A stretch of DNA of 64,000 nucleotides, taken from assembly GCA_964404485.1 (NCBI GenBank), contig CAYOKJ010000002.1, forward strand, positions 70 through 64,069, written 5' to 3'. Made by a program: the position numbers and the translations under genes. This DNA comes from an uncultured Bacteroidales bacterium. Its GTDB lineage: Bacteria > Bacteroidota > Bacteroidia > Bacteroidales > JAIORY01. Below the pieces are notes generated by a model. It was not told the origin of the DNA. It was given only the letters and a program-made list of their open reading frames with translations, and did not search any database. Shown here one piece after another: positions 18,722-28,584 of the stretch; positions within the stretch are counted from its first letter, which is position 1; each line of letters opens with the position of its first letter.

Positions 18722-20095
18722 ATGACGGAACTACATAAAAAATTTATAAAGGATTCTGAAAAAAAAGCTTTTGATATTAATCATCGCAATACCATAAAGT
18801 TTAATATTTCGAGATATGAAAAGGCTGTTATTAATGGAAAAAAGCAATTCAAAAATCTTGAACTTGCGCGAAATAGAGCTGCAAATATTAAACATAAAGT
18901 TATTAGCGAAACTGAAAATTATTTAAACGAATTTGAGGCTAATTTTATTAAACATGGTGGAAAAGTTATCTGGGCTGAAGACAGTAACGAGGCTATTAAA
19001 GAAATACTTAAAATATTAAAAAAGCATAATACAAAAAAGGTAGTAAAGTCAAAATCTATGACTACCGAAGAAATTGAATTAAATCAATCTCTCGAAAAAA
19101 ACAATATAGAGTCACTTGAAACCGATCTTGGTGAATACATAGTTCAGCTTAATAATGAAAAACCTTATCATATTGTAACTCCGGCAATGCATTTATCTAA
19201 AGAAGATATTGCAAAATTATTTAATAAAAAATTTAAAACACCGAATAATAGTACACCGGAGGAAATAACTGCTTTTGTAAGACAGCTTTTAAGAGAAAAA
19301 TTTACAGAAGCGGATGTAGGAATTACAGGAGCTAATTTTCTTATTTCAGATATTGGAGCTGTTGCATTGACCGAAAATGAAGGAAATGGTGTAATGTCTA
19401 TGGCATTCCCAAAAGTTCATATTGCAATTGCGGGTATAGAAAAATTAATTCCATCATTGGAAGATCTTAATCTTTTTTGGCCATTACTTTCAACATACGG
19501 AACAGGACAAAATATTACAGTTTATAATTCTATTATTACAGGCCCAAAACAAGAAGATGAACTTGATGGTCCCGACGAAATGTATGTTGTTTTATTAGAT
19601 AATAATCGTACTAATTTACTAGCAAAAGAAAAACAACGAAGAGCACTATCTTGTATAAGATGTGGGGCTTGTCTTAATAATTGTCCTGTTTATAAAAATA
19701 TTGGGGGACATTCTTATAACACAACATATAGCGGACCAATAGGAGCGGTTATAACTCCATATTTAAAAAGTATGGATGATTATAAACATTTAAGTTTTGC
19801 TTCGTCGTTATGTGGAAAATGTACAGATAATTGTCCAGTAAAAATACCCTTACATCAATTATTGCTTTACAATAGAAATGATTCTATTAAAGAAAGTAAA
19901 ATAAAATTTTCAGAAAAATTAATGATGTTTGGATGGAAAAAAGTTATGCTTAATCGCTCTTTAATGGATATTGTTGGAGGAAATCTAAAAAATATTGCAA
20001 TTAAAATGTTTTTTAGAAAAGCTTGGGGACCACGACGCGAACTACCAAAGATACAGCCAAAATCTTTTAAGAAGCTTTGGAATATAAGAAGGTGA
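18722..20095 (+). CDS. LutB/LldF-type iron-sulfur protein (LUD domain plus two 4Fe-4S motifs)
   Basis: CIRCGACLNNCPVY and CGKCTDNCPV cluster motifs follow a LUD-like N-terminal domain. Confidence 0.7.
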   Translation: MTELHKKFIKDSEKKAFDINHRNTIKFNISRYEKAVINGKKQFKNLELARNRAANIKHKVISETENYLNEFEANFIKHGGKVIWAEDSNEAIKEILKILKKHNTKKVVKSKSMTTEEIELNQSLEKNNIESLETDLGEYIVQLNNEKPYHIVTPAMHLSKEDIAKLFNKKFKTPNNSTPEEITAFVRQLLREKFTEADVGITGANFLISDIGAVALTENEGNGVMSMAFPKVHIAIAGIEKLIPSLEDLNLFWPLLSTYGTGQNITVYNSIITGPKQEDELDGPDEMYVVLLDNNRTNLLAKEKQRRALSCIRCGACLNNCPVYKNIGGHSYNTTYSGPIGAVITPYLKSMDDYKHLSFASSLCGKCTDNCPVKIPLHQLLLYNRNDSIKESKIKFSEKLMMFGWKKVMLNRSLMDIVGGNLKNIAIKMFFRKAWGPRRELPKIQPKSFKKLWNIRR

Positions 20096-20116
20096 AAAAG
20101 CTAATGGCATATATTT

Positions 20117-21217
20117 TTAGTCAAGTAATTCGGAAATTTTGTTTCGGAGGTCTTCGCCTCGTAAATTTTTAGCAATAATAATTCCGTCAGGGTTAATCAA
20201 AATACTATGAGGGATTGATCGTACACCGTATAATTTTCCGGCTTCACATTTCCAACCTTTTAAATCCGAAACTTGCGTCCATGCAAGACTATCATCAACT
20301 ATTGCTTGTTTCCATTTTTCGCTATTATTATCAAAAGATATTCCAATAATATCAAAACCATTATCTTTGTAATCGTTATAAACAGATACAATATTTGGAT
20401 TTTCCCTTCTACATGGAATACACCAGGCTGCCCAAAAATCCATCAACAAATACTTACCTTTTAATGAAGACAAAGTTATAGGATTTCCTGTTGTATCATT
20501 TAATGTAAAATCAACAATTGGTTGATTAATATCTACTCTTTTCAAGATTTTAACTCTTTCGGTGAGTTTATTATAATAAATTGAGCCATAAACAGATTCA
20601 TCGAAATTGCTTGTAATTGAATCAAGAGTACTTAAATTAAAGTGATATGAATTTCTGTAAATAATATAAGGTGAAACAAAATTGCTGTCATTATTAAAAG
20701 CATAAGATATTAAAAATTCTATTTTTGCATAATCATTTTTTGTAAAAAGAGAATCAGCATAATCAAGCTTTAGTTTATCATTTTCCGCTTTAGCTTCTTT
20801 ATAAATATTTTCATAAATATTTCTATCTATCTCATTAAAACTATCCATTTGATTTTTATAGGAATTATAAATATTTTGCGAAGATGATCCGGTAATAACA
20901 GCATCAATATTTCCGGTAGTATCAATATTCATTTCTATTGTTATTTCTGCCGGTTCAACAAACACAAAAGTATTTAATTTTTTCCCTTCAACAGAAATAT
21001 AATAAACTTCAGCAAAATCAACACGTCCTTTTAAGGTGAAACCACCGTCTTTTATATTTGATGAATCACAAATAATTTTATCCCCGTCAACATAATGAAT
21101 CAAGTATAATTTAGTAGTATCATTTACATTAATTGTTCCTTTTATCGAAAAATTGCTATTGTTTGTACAAGATGACAATAATACAATTGCCACAATAATA
21201 GATAAATATTTTTTCAT
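20117..21217 (-). CDS. TlpA-family thiol:disulfide oxidoreductase lipoprotein
   Basis: Thioredoxin-fold active site FWAAWCIPC, the lipobox LLSSC, and a 4-nt overlap with the mreD stop. Confidence 0.8.
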   Translation of the reverse strand: MKKYLSIIVAIVLLSSCTNNSNFSIKGTINVNDTTKLYLIHYVDGDKIICDSSNIKDGGFTLKGRVDFAEVYYISVEGKKLNTFVFVEPAEITIEMNIDTTGNIDAVITGSSSQNIYNSYKNQMDSFNEIDRNIYENIYKEAKAENDKLKLDYADSLFTKNDYAKIEFLISYAFNNDSNFVSPYIIYRNSYHFNLSTLDSITSNFDESVYGSIYYNKLTERVKILKRVDINQPIVDFTLNDTTGNPITLSSLKGKYLLMDFWAAWCIPCRRENPNIVSVYNDYKDNGFDIIGISFDNNSEKWKQAIVDDSLAWTQVSDLKGWKCEAGKLYGVRSIPHSILINPDGIIIAKNLRGEDLRNKISELLD

Positions 21218-21732
21218 TTTTTCATTTTAATATTATAAAATAAATATTGAATAATAATTACCAAAGATAATGTAATAATAGTACCAAGTAAAATATTGTA
21301 AAAAGTTAACAAAATTTCGTTAAAACTAAATATATCAAGAAAATACAAAACAAAATTATGAACAAAAATTAATATCAGTGAATATAAAAAAAACCATCTG
21401 AAACCAAAACTTTTTATTCCTATTTGCATATTTGGTTCAATATCTTTTCCTGTGGATAAATATTTTATTAAAGATGGTCGAATAAAAGCAACAAGTACAG
21501 TTGCAGCTGCGTTAATACCAATTGATTTCATAAAAATATCAACACCAAAACCCAAGGAAAATGCAGAAACCAACAGCAACCATTTTGGTGTTTCTTTTGG
21601 TAGCAATAGGATAAAAAGTATATAAAAATATGGATTAAGATATCCGTTGAATTTAATATTATTCAACAACAATACTTGTATTAATAATAACACAATAAAA
21701 CGAATAATATTTCTTGTAATAATATTACTCAT
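21214..21732 (-). CDS. mreD: Rod shape-determining protein MreD
   Basis: Polytopic hydrophobic protein of 172 aa that overlaps the end of mreC by 8 nt. Confidence 0.6.
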   Translation of the reverse strand: MSNIITRNIIRFIVLLLIQVLLLNNIKFNGYLNPYFYILFILLLPKETPKWLLLVSAFSLGFGVDIFMKSIGINAAATVLVAFIRPSLIKYLSTGKDIEPNMQIGIKSFGFRWFFLYSLILIFVHNFVLYFLDIFSFNEILLTFYNILLGTIITLSLVIIIQYLFYNIKMKK

Positions 21733-22540
21733 GCTGCGAATCCTTTACTAAATTAATTTCTTCTTTTTTGTTAATATTTTGAATTACATAAACATAATTC
21801 AGGCTATTAAAATCAGTTGAAAAATTTAAAACCGCACTATTTAAACTTTCTCCCATTTTGGTTTTGTATTTATCAAAAGTTCCAATCATTATTTTTTCAG
21901 GAAAAACAAAAGAAAAACCACTTGTAATAATTGTATCGCCTTTTATTAAATTAATATGAGTTGGAATATCTGTAATGGTTCCTTTTTTATAGGAATTTTC
22001 ATTCCAAATTAAATTTACAAGTTGAAGATTTTTTTTAATTTTCGCACTTATTTTTGCGTCTTTATGGATTACCGACATTACTGTACAATAATTTTTTGAA
22101 ACACCAATTACAATTCCCACAATTCCCTCATTACAAACAACACCCATATCTGCTTCAATTCCATTCTTTCTTCCTTTGTTTAGCATAAGATAATTACTAC
22201 TACGGTTAGTGGAGTTGTTAATTACTTTTGCGCTTATGTAATTATAATTTGTGTCTTGATGAGGTATTAATGTGCTATCCATAGCATTTTGATCGAAAGA
22301 AATAGTTTTTAATTTTCCAATTTCCTCCGATAACTCACGATTAACAGATGCAAGATTAAAATACTCTGAAATATTATTTGCACCTGAAAAAAGAGAACCT
22401 GTAAAATGATTTGTTGCGTTTATTATTGCAGAACCTTGAAATCTATTATTATTAATGATTAATATCACTGAGAATATTTCTAATAAAAGAAACAGAAAAA
22501 AGAAATGATATTTTATCAAAAACGAAAAAAAGTATCGCAT
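21725..22540 (-). CDS. mreC: Rod shape-determining protein MreC
   Basis: N-terminal TM helix, a coiled region, then a beta-rich domain (GIVGIV...). It sits directly downstream of mreB. Confidence 0.75.
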   Translation of the reverse strand: MRYFFSFLIKYHFFFLFLLLEIFSVILIINNNRFQGSAIINATNHFTGSLFSGANNISEYFNLASVNRELSEEIGKLKTISFDQNAMDSTLIPHQDTNYNYISAKVINNSTNRSSNYLMLNKGRKNGIEADMGVVCNEGIVGIVIGVSKNYCTVMSVIHKDAKISAKIKKNLQLVNLIWNENSYKKGTITDIPTHINLIKGDTIITSGFSFVFPEKIMIGTFDKYKTKMGESLNSAVLNFSTDFNSLNYVYVIQNINKKEEINLVKDSQHE

Positions 22541-22655
22541 GGTTTAAAATATTAATAACAAAGGTTCTACTTTTGAAGTTGTAAATTTTATTGATTGATT
22601 CAGACATTTAATCATTCTATCATTAATTTTTAATACAACCAAAATAACCCATCAT

Positions 22656-23678
22656 TTACTTAATAAGGAAAGTAAATTTATCAAAATTCTTTAGTGCAAT
22701 TCCTGTTCCTCTTGCCACAGCTCTAAGTGGATCATCAGCAACATGTACAGGAAGTTTAGTTTTAAGATGAAGACGTTTATTTAACCCTCTAAGCATCGAA
22801 CCACCACCTGCAAGATAAATACCTGTTCTGAAAATGTCAGCTGAAAGTTCAGGAGGAGTCATCTCAAGAGCATTTAAAACAGCAGTTTCTATTTTAGAAA
22901 TAGATTTATCAAGAGCTTGTGCAATTTCGGTATAATTAACAGTAATTTCTTTAGGAATTCCGGTTAACATGTCTCTTCCATGAACTGCATAATCATCAGG
23001 CGGATTATCAATTTCTGTCATGGCTGCCCCAACTTCAATTTTAATTCTTTCGGCAGTGCGTTCTCCAATATTAATATTATGTTGTTTACGCATATAATCA
23101 ACGATATCAACAGTAAAATCATCACCTGCAATACGAATAGATTTATTATTAACTATTCCGCCAAGGGCAATTACTGCAATTTCGCTTGTACCACCACCAA
23201 TATCAATAACCATGTTTCCGGTAGGTTCCAGAACATCAATTCCTATTCCAATAGCAGCTGCCATTGGTTCGTGAATAAGCCTAACTTCTTTTGCACCTGC
23301 TTGCTCAGCTGAGTCTTTTACAGCTCTTTCTTCTACTTCGGTTATCCCGGAAGGAATACAAATTACCATTTTTAATGCAGGCGGAAAAATAGATTTTTTT
23401 GTCCCTATCATTTTGATAAATTCACGAATCATATATTCTGACGATTTAAAATCAGCAATAACCCCACTTCTTAAAGGACGAATAGTTTTTATATTTTCGT
23501 GGGTTTTTCCATGCATCATCATGGCTTTTTTACCTACAGCAATAATTTTTCCTGTATTACGCTCAAGTGCAATTATTGATGGTTCGTCAACAACAACCTT
23601 ATCGTTATAAATTATTATAGTGTTTGCAGTGCCTAAGTCCATTGCAATTTCTTTTGTTAAAAATGAAAATAGTCCCAT
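22656..23678 (-). CDS. mreB: Rod shape-determining protein MreB
   Basis: Actin-fold motifs DLGTANT, VIDIGGGTSEIAV, GIYLAGGGSMLRGL. Confidence 0.95.
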   Translation of the reverse strand: MGLFSFLTKEIAMDLGTANTIIIYNDKVVVDEPSIIALERNTGKIIAVGKKAMMMHGKTHENIKTIRPLRSGVIADFKSSEYMIREFIKMIGTKKSIFPPALKMVICIPSGITEVEERAVKDSAEQAGAKEVRLIHEPMAAAIGIGIDVLEPTGNMVIDIGGGTSEIAVIALGGIVNNKSIRIAGDDFTVDIVDYMRKQHNINIGERTAERIKIEVGAAMTEIDNPPDDYAVHGRDMLTGIPKEITVNYTEIAQALDKSISKIETAVLNALEMTPPELSADIFRTGIYLAGGGSMLRGLNKRLHLKTKLPVHVADDPLRAVARGTGIALKNFDKFTFLIK

Positions 23679-23711
23679 TATTTTAAAATTAAAATTAATT
23701 TATAAAGCAAA

Positions 23712-25229
23712 TTAATGCTTAAAATGTCTTGTTCCGGTAAATACCATTGACATACCATTATTATTGCAAAAATCTATAGAGTCTTTATCTCTTATTGATC
23801 CACCCGGTTGAATAACGGCATTAATCCCTTCTTTATTAGCAATTTCTACTGAATCGGCAAAAGGGAAAAAAGCATCGGAAGCCATAACCGCACCATTAAG
23901 ATCAAAACCAAATTCTTTGGCTTTAATAATTGCTTGTTTTAGTGCATCAACCCTGGATGTTTGCCCCACTCCACTTGCGATAAGTTGCTTGTTTTTTGCC
24001 AAAACAATTGTATTTGATTTTGTATGTTTTACAATTTTGTTAGCAAAAACCAAATCTATCTTTTCAGACTCAGTTGGGGCGGTTTTTGTTACTACTTCAA
24101 AATCCTCAACTGATTCGGTTTTTAAATCTTTTACTTGTTGAATTGCTCCGTTTAAAATTGATCTGAATTGCTTATCAGGAAAATCAAACGAATTTTTTTG
24201 TAAAATTATTCTATTTTTCTTTGATTTAAGTATTTCCAAAGCATTATTTTCATATCCTGGTGATAAAATTATTTCACAGAAAAGTTTATTGATTTCTTTT
24301 GCTGTTTTTTCATCAATAATTTTATTACAAATTAATACACCGCCAAAGGCAGAAACAGGATCTCCGGCAAGTGCTTTTTTCCAGGCATCTATCAAATTAT
24401 CTCTACTGGAGATTCCACATGCATTGTTGTGTTTTAAAATTGCAAAAGTAGTTTCATCAAAATCGTTTATCAGATTTATTGCAGCATCAAGGTCAACTAA
24501 ATTATTGTAAGAAATTGTCTTGCCGTGAAATTGTTCAAAGACTTCATCGAGTTTCCCATAAAAAATTCCTTCTTGATGAGGATTTTCACCATATCTTAAA
24601 GTATTAGATTTTGTTATACTTTTCTTAAAAGATTTAATGTCTTCATGTGTATTAAAATAATTAAAAATAGCTATGTCGTAATTTGATGAAATATTATAAG
24701 CATGAGCTGCGAATTTCTTTCTTTCTTCTATAGTAGTAAAACCTTTGTTGTTTTCGAGCAAATTTAACAATTCAGAATATTGGTCGGAAGAAGGAATAAT
24801 CAACACATCCTTAAAATTTTTTGCTGCTGCCCTGATAAGCGAAATACCGCCAATATCAATTTTTTCTACTATTGCCTGTTCTTCAGAAGTCTGTTTTATA
24901 GTTTCTTCAAATGGATAAAGGTCAACAATTACCAAATCAATTTCGGGTATTTTATAATTTTTCATTTCTTCAATGTCACCTTGGTTTTCTCTTCTGCCAA
25001 GAATACCCCCAAAAACTTTTGGATGCAGAGTTTTTACTCTTCCACCTAAAATCGAAGGGTAAGAAGTTAAAGATTCTACAGAAATAGCATTTATTCCTAA
25101 ATCTGCAATAAACTTAAAAGTACCACCCGTTGAGTAAATATTTATTCCTAACTTGTTTAGTTTTTTTACGATCTCTTCTAAGCCATCTTTGTAAAAGACT
25201 GAAACTAATGCATTTTTGATTTTTTTCAA
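23712..25229 (-). CDS. purH: Bifunctional AICAR transformylase / IMP cyclohydrolase
   Basis: ALVSVFYKDG, GGRVKTLHPKVFGGIL, and the C-terminal QPGGSIRD...FTGTRHFKH. Confidence 0.95.
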   Translation of the reverse strand: MKKIKNALVSVFYKDGLEEIVKKLNKLGINIYSTGGTFKFIADLGINAISVESLTSYPSILGGRVKTLHPKVFGGILGRRENQGDIEEMKNYKIPEIDLVIVDLYPFEETIKQTSEEQAIVEKIDIGGISLIRAAAKNFKDVLIIPSSDQYSELLNLLENNKGFTTIEERKKFAAHAYNISSNYDIAIFNYFNTHEDIKSFKKSITKSNTLRYGENPHQEGIFYGKLDEVFEQFHGKTISYNNLVDLDAAINLINDFDETTFAILKHNNACGISSRDNLIDAWKKALAGDPVSAFGGVLICNKIIDEKTAKEINKLFCEIILSPGYENNALEILKSKKNRIILQKNSFDFPDKQFRSILNGAIQQVKDLKTESVEDFEVVTKTAPTESEKIDLVFANKIVKHTKSNTIVLAKNKQLIASGVGQTSRVDALKQAIIKAKEFGFDLNGAVMASDAFFPFADSVEIANKEGINAVIQPGGSIRDKDSIDFCNNNGMSMVFTGTRHFKH

Positions 25230-25377
25230 GATTCTGAGTGTTTGAGTTTTGCGACTGCAATTTTATTAAAAATCAGAACAATAAACAATTAAAATCTTGA
25301 ATTTTTGTTGCGAATTTATTTCATAAGTTTAACAAAATGCTTTATTTTCGTAAACAAAACAAAAAACATATAATCCA

Positions 25378-26634
25378 ATGTTTAAAAAAATGATAATATT
25401 AAAATTGATTCGCGAAAGCTATATTTTTGCATTTCAGTCGATAAAAGCAAATAAAACCCGTACCATTCTTTCTTTAACAGGTATTACAATTGGAATATTT
25501 TCTATTATTTCAATTTTTACTGTTTTCGATTCAATGGAGCGATCAATCCATTCAAGTATTGATTCTTTGGGCGACAATGTAATTTTTGTACAAAAATGGC
25601 CTTGGGCAATGGGGGGTAATTATCCCTGGTGGAAATACTGGCAACGACCAGAACCAAAATTACAGGATTTAAAACAAATTCAAAAACGTAGCAAGACAGC
25701 CAAGGCAAGTTCATTAATGTTGGAAGTAAGCAGAAATATTAAATATCAAAATACTACAATCGAAGATGTTCAAATTTCTGCTGTTACACAAGACTATAAT
25801 AAAACAATGTCATTTGATTTGCAGCAAGGTAGATATTTTACACCAATAGAATCGAATGGTGGTAGTAATGTTGTAATAATTGGAAGCGAAATTGCCCAAA
25901 ATTTATTTGGACGCGCCGATGCTTTGGAAAAAAAGATTAAAATATTTGGACGTAAAATGCTTGTTATCGGGGTGATAAAAAAAGAAGGAAATAATCTCTT
26001 TGGAAACTCATCAGACGAAATTGCAATTATACCATATAATTTTGCCAGAACCGTACTGGATGTAAAAAATATTAGCTCTTCGATTATTGTGGTAGCAAAA
26101 GAAAATATTTCAAACGAAGAATTAAAAGATGAACTAACAGGAGTAATTCGTTCGATTCATAAACTAAAACCATCTGAAGATGATAATTTTTCGATAAACG
26201 AAACAGATATTATTTCGAAAGGTTTTGACGATATGTTTGGATTTATTGCCGGTATTGGTTGGATAATTGGCGCTTTTTCTTTGCTTGTTGGTGGTTTTGG
26301 AATTGCTAATATTATGTTTGTTTCGGTAAAAGAAAGAACAAGTCAAATAGGAATTCAAAAATCCCTTGGCGCAAAAAATTATTTTATTTTATTACAATTC
26401 CTTTTCGAAGCTATTTTTCTTTCATTAATGGGAGGTGTAGGGGGTTTGTTGATAGTTTATTTATTGTCACTTATTGTTTCAAGCTCAATGGATGGATTTT
26501 CACTTGTATTAACAAGCGGTAATATTATTTTAGGAATTAGTGTTTCTGCTGTTATTGGTTTATTGTCGGGAATTATTCCGGCATACATGGCTTCAAAGTT
26601 AAATCCTGTTGAAGCAATGCGTTCAAGTTTTTAA
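25378..26634 (+). CDS. ABC transporter permease, MacB/FtsX-like
   Basis: A MacB-type periplasmic domain lies between TM1 and the C-terminal FtsX bundle (KSLGAKNYFIL...). Confidence 0.8.
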   Translation: MFKKMIILKLIRESYIFAFQSIKANKTRTILSLTGITIGIFSIISIFTVFDSMERSIHSSIDSLGDNVIFVQKWPWAMGGNYPWWKYWQRPEPKLQDLKQIQKRSKTAKASSLMLEVSRNIKYQNTTIEDVQISAVTQDYNKTMSFDLQQGRYFTPIESNGGSNVVIIGSEIAQNLFGRADALEKKIKIFGRKMLVIGVIKKEGNNLFGNSSDEIAIIPYNFARTVLDVKNISSSIIVVAKENISNEELKDELTGVIRSIHKLKPSEDDNFSINETDIISKGFDDMFGFIAGIGWIIGAFSLLVGGFGIANIMFVSVKERTSQIGIQKSLGAKNYFILLQFLFEAIFLSLMGGVGGLLIVYLLSLIVSSSMDGFSLVLTSGNIILGISVSAVIGLLSGIIPAYMASKLNPVEAMRSSF

Positions 26635-26731
26635 AATTAATTTATTAAAGCATAATGGATTACATAATTAAGGTAAAGAAACCTTAAAAAACAGGATAAT
26701 ATTATTACCTTTACGCCACTAAAAAAACATT

Positions 26732-28477
26732 ATGGACAAGCGTTGGGTAATAAAAAAACAAGCTGATAAAAAGGCTGCTGATAAACTTGCCCAAGAGCTG
26801 AAAATATCATATAATTTAGCAAATTTACTAGTTCAGCGCGACGTTAATACATATAGCGAGGCTAGAGCTTTTTTCCGTCCTGAACTTTCTCAACTTCACG
26901 ATCCCTTTCTGATGAAAGATATGGACAAGGCAATCATCAGAATGGAGAAAGCCATCCAAAATAATGAAAAAATTCTTATTTATGGCGATTACGACGTTGA
27001 TGGTACTACAGCCGTTTCTCTTGTTTATACTTTTCTTAAGAAATTTTACAAAGAAATAGATTTTTATATTCCTGATAGATATGGCGAAGGATATGGAATT
27101 TCTACCCGTGGAATTGATTTTGCTTCTGAAAATAATTTTGCTCTCGTTATTGCTCTTGATTGTGGAATTAAAGCTGTTGAAAAAATTGAATATGCGAAAT
27201 CAAAAAATGTTGATTTTATTATTTGTGACCATCATCGCCCCGGAGATACAATTCCTGACGCAAGTGCTGTTTTAGACTCAAAAAGATTAGATTGCAATTA
27301 TCCTTACAAAGAATTATCCGGTTGTGGAGTTGGCTTTAAACTTATTCAGGCATATCAACAAAAAAATGATTTTCCATTTTATGAACTTGAGGAATATCTT
27401 GATCTTGTTGCTGTGAGCATCGCTTCCGATATTGTTGCTATTACCGGAGAAAATAGAATACTGGCACATTTTGGATTAATCCGTATAAATACTAATCCAA
27501 GGCCGGGTATAGAAGCAATTTTACGATATAGTAATATCAGACGAAAACCTTTCAGAAATTTATATAAAAAAAATATTTTTTCAATAGAGCTTACCATTAG
27601 CGATTTAGTGTTTTTGATCGGACCACGAATTAATGCTGCAGGAAGAATAAAAAGTGCAAAAAATTCTGTTGAATTACTTGTTTCAGAAGGCATGAAATAT
27701 GCACAATTACTAAGCGAACAAATAAATGTTTTAAATACTGAGCGTCGTATTCTTGACCATCAAATAACAATTGAAGCTCTTCAAATGATTAAGGATGACG
27801 AGAAACTATTAAAATGTAAAAGCACTGTTGTTTTCAATGAAAACTGGCACAAAGGTGTAATCGGAATTGTAGCTTCTAGGCTAACAGAAACCTATTACCG
27901 TCCAACAATTGTTCTTACAAAATCTGATGGTTTAATAACCGGTTCTGCCCGCTCAGTCAAAAACTTTGACGTTTATAACGCAATAGAATCGTGTCGTGAT
28001 TTGTTGGAGCATTTCGGCGGTCATAAATACGCTGCCGGACTTTCTTTAAAACCAGAAAACCTGGATGCTTTTACAAAGAAATTTAATAAAATAGTTGATT
28101 CAACGATTGAGGAGGAAATGCTTATTCCTGAAATAGAAATTGATTCGAAAATTAGTCTGAACGAAATAAACAATAAATTTTTTAGAATACTTCGGCAGTT
28201 TTCTCCTTTTGGTCCTGGAAATATGGCTCCGATTTTTCTTACCGAAAATGTTGTTGATACAGGAGAAGCTCGCATTGTTGGTAAAAATCATTTAAAACTA
28301 AGTATTGTTCACCCCGATATTACCAGTTTACCAATATCTGCAATTGCTTTTCAGCAAGGACATCAAATTACTAATGTGAAAAAAAATATCCCTCTGAATA
28401 TATGTTACCATATTGAAGAAAACGAGTGGAATAATAATATATCGCTACAGCTTAATATTAAAGATATAAAACAATAA
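26732..28477 (+). CDS. recJ: Single-stranded-DNA-specific exonuclease RecJ
   Basis: DHH motifs (YGDYDVDGTT, LDCG, ICDHHRPGD) and DHHA1 (GGHKYAAG). Confidence 0.9.
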   Translation: MDKRWVIKKQADKKAADKLAQELKISYNLANLLVQRDVNTYSEARAFFRPELSQLHDPFLMKDMDKAIIRMEKAIQNNEKILIYGDYDVDGTTAVSLVYTFLKKFYKEIDFYIPDRYGEGYGISTRGIDFASENNFALVIALDCGIKAVEKIEYAKSKNVDFIICDHHRPGDTIPDASAVLDSKRLDCNYPYKELSGCGVGFKLIQAYQQKNDFPFYELEEYLDLVAVSIASDIVAITGENRILAHFGLIRINTNPRPGIEAILRYSNIRRKPFRNLYKKNIFSIELTISDLVFLIGPRINAAGRIKSAKNSVELLVSEGMKYAQLLSEQINVLNTERRILDHQITIEALQMIKDDEKLLKCKSTVVFNENWHKGVIGIVASRLTETYYRPTIVLTKSDGLITGSARSVKNFDVYNAIESCRDLLEHFGGHKYAAGLSLKPENLDAFTKKFNKIVDSTIEEEMLIPEIEIDSKISLNEINNKFFRILRQFSPFGPGNMAPIFLTENVVDTGEARIVGKNHLKLSIVHPDITSLPISAIAFQQGHQITNVKKNIPLNICYHIEENEWNNNISLQLNIKDIKQ

Positions 28478-28556
28478 AACCGCGTATTTTTAGTTTTTTA
28501 TTTCAGGCATTATTTAATATTCTAACATTGATGTAATCTGAAGATTAGGATTAATA

Positions 28557-28564
28557 TATTTTTG
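28557..28564 (+). promoter_or_regulatory. -7 promoter box (TAnnTTTG)
   Basis: TATTTTTG lies 21 nt upstream of the ATG at 28585. Confidence 0.4.
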
Positions 28565-28584
28565 TATTTGAAAAAACATAAATC

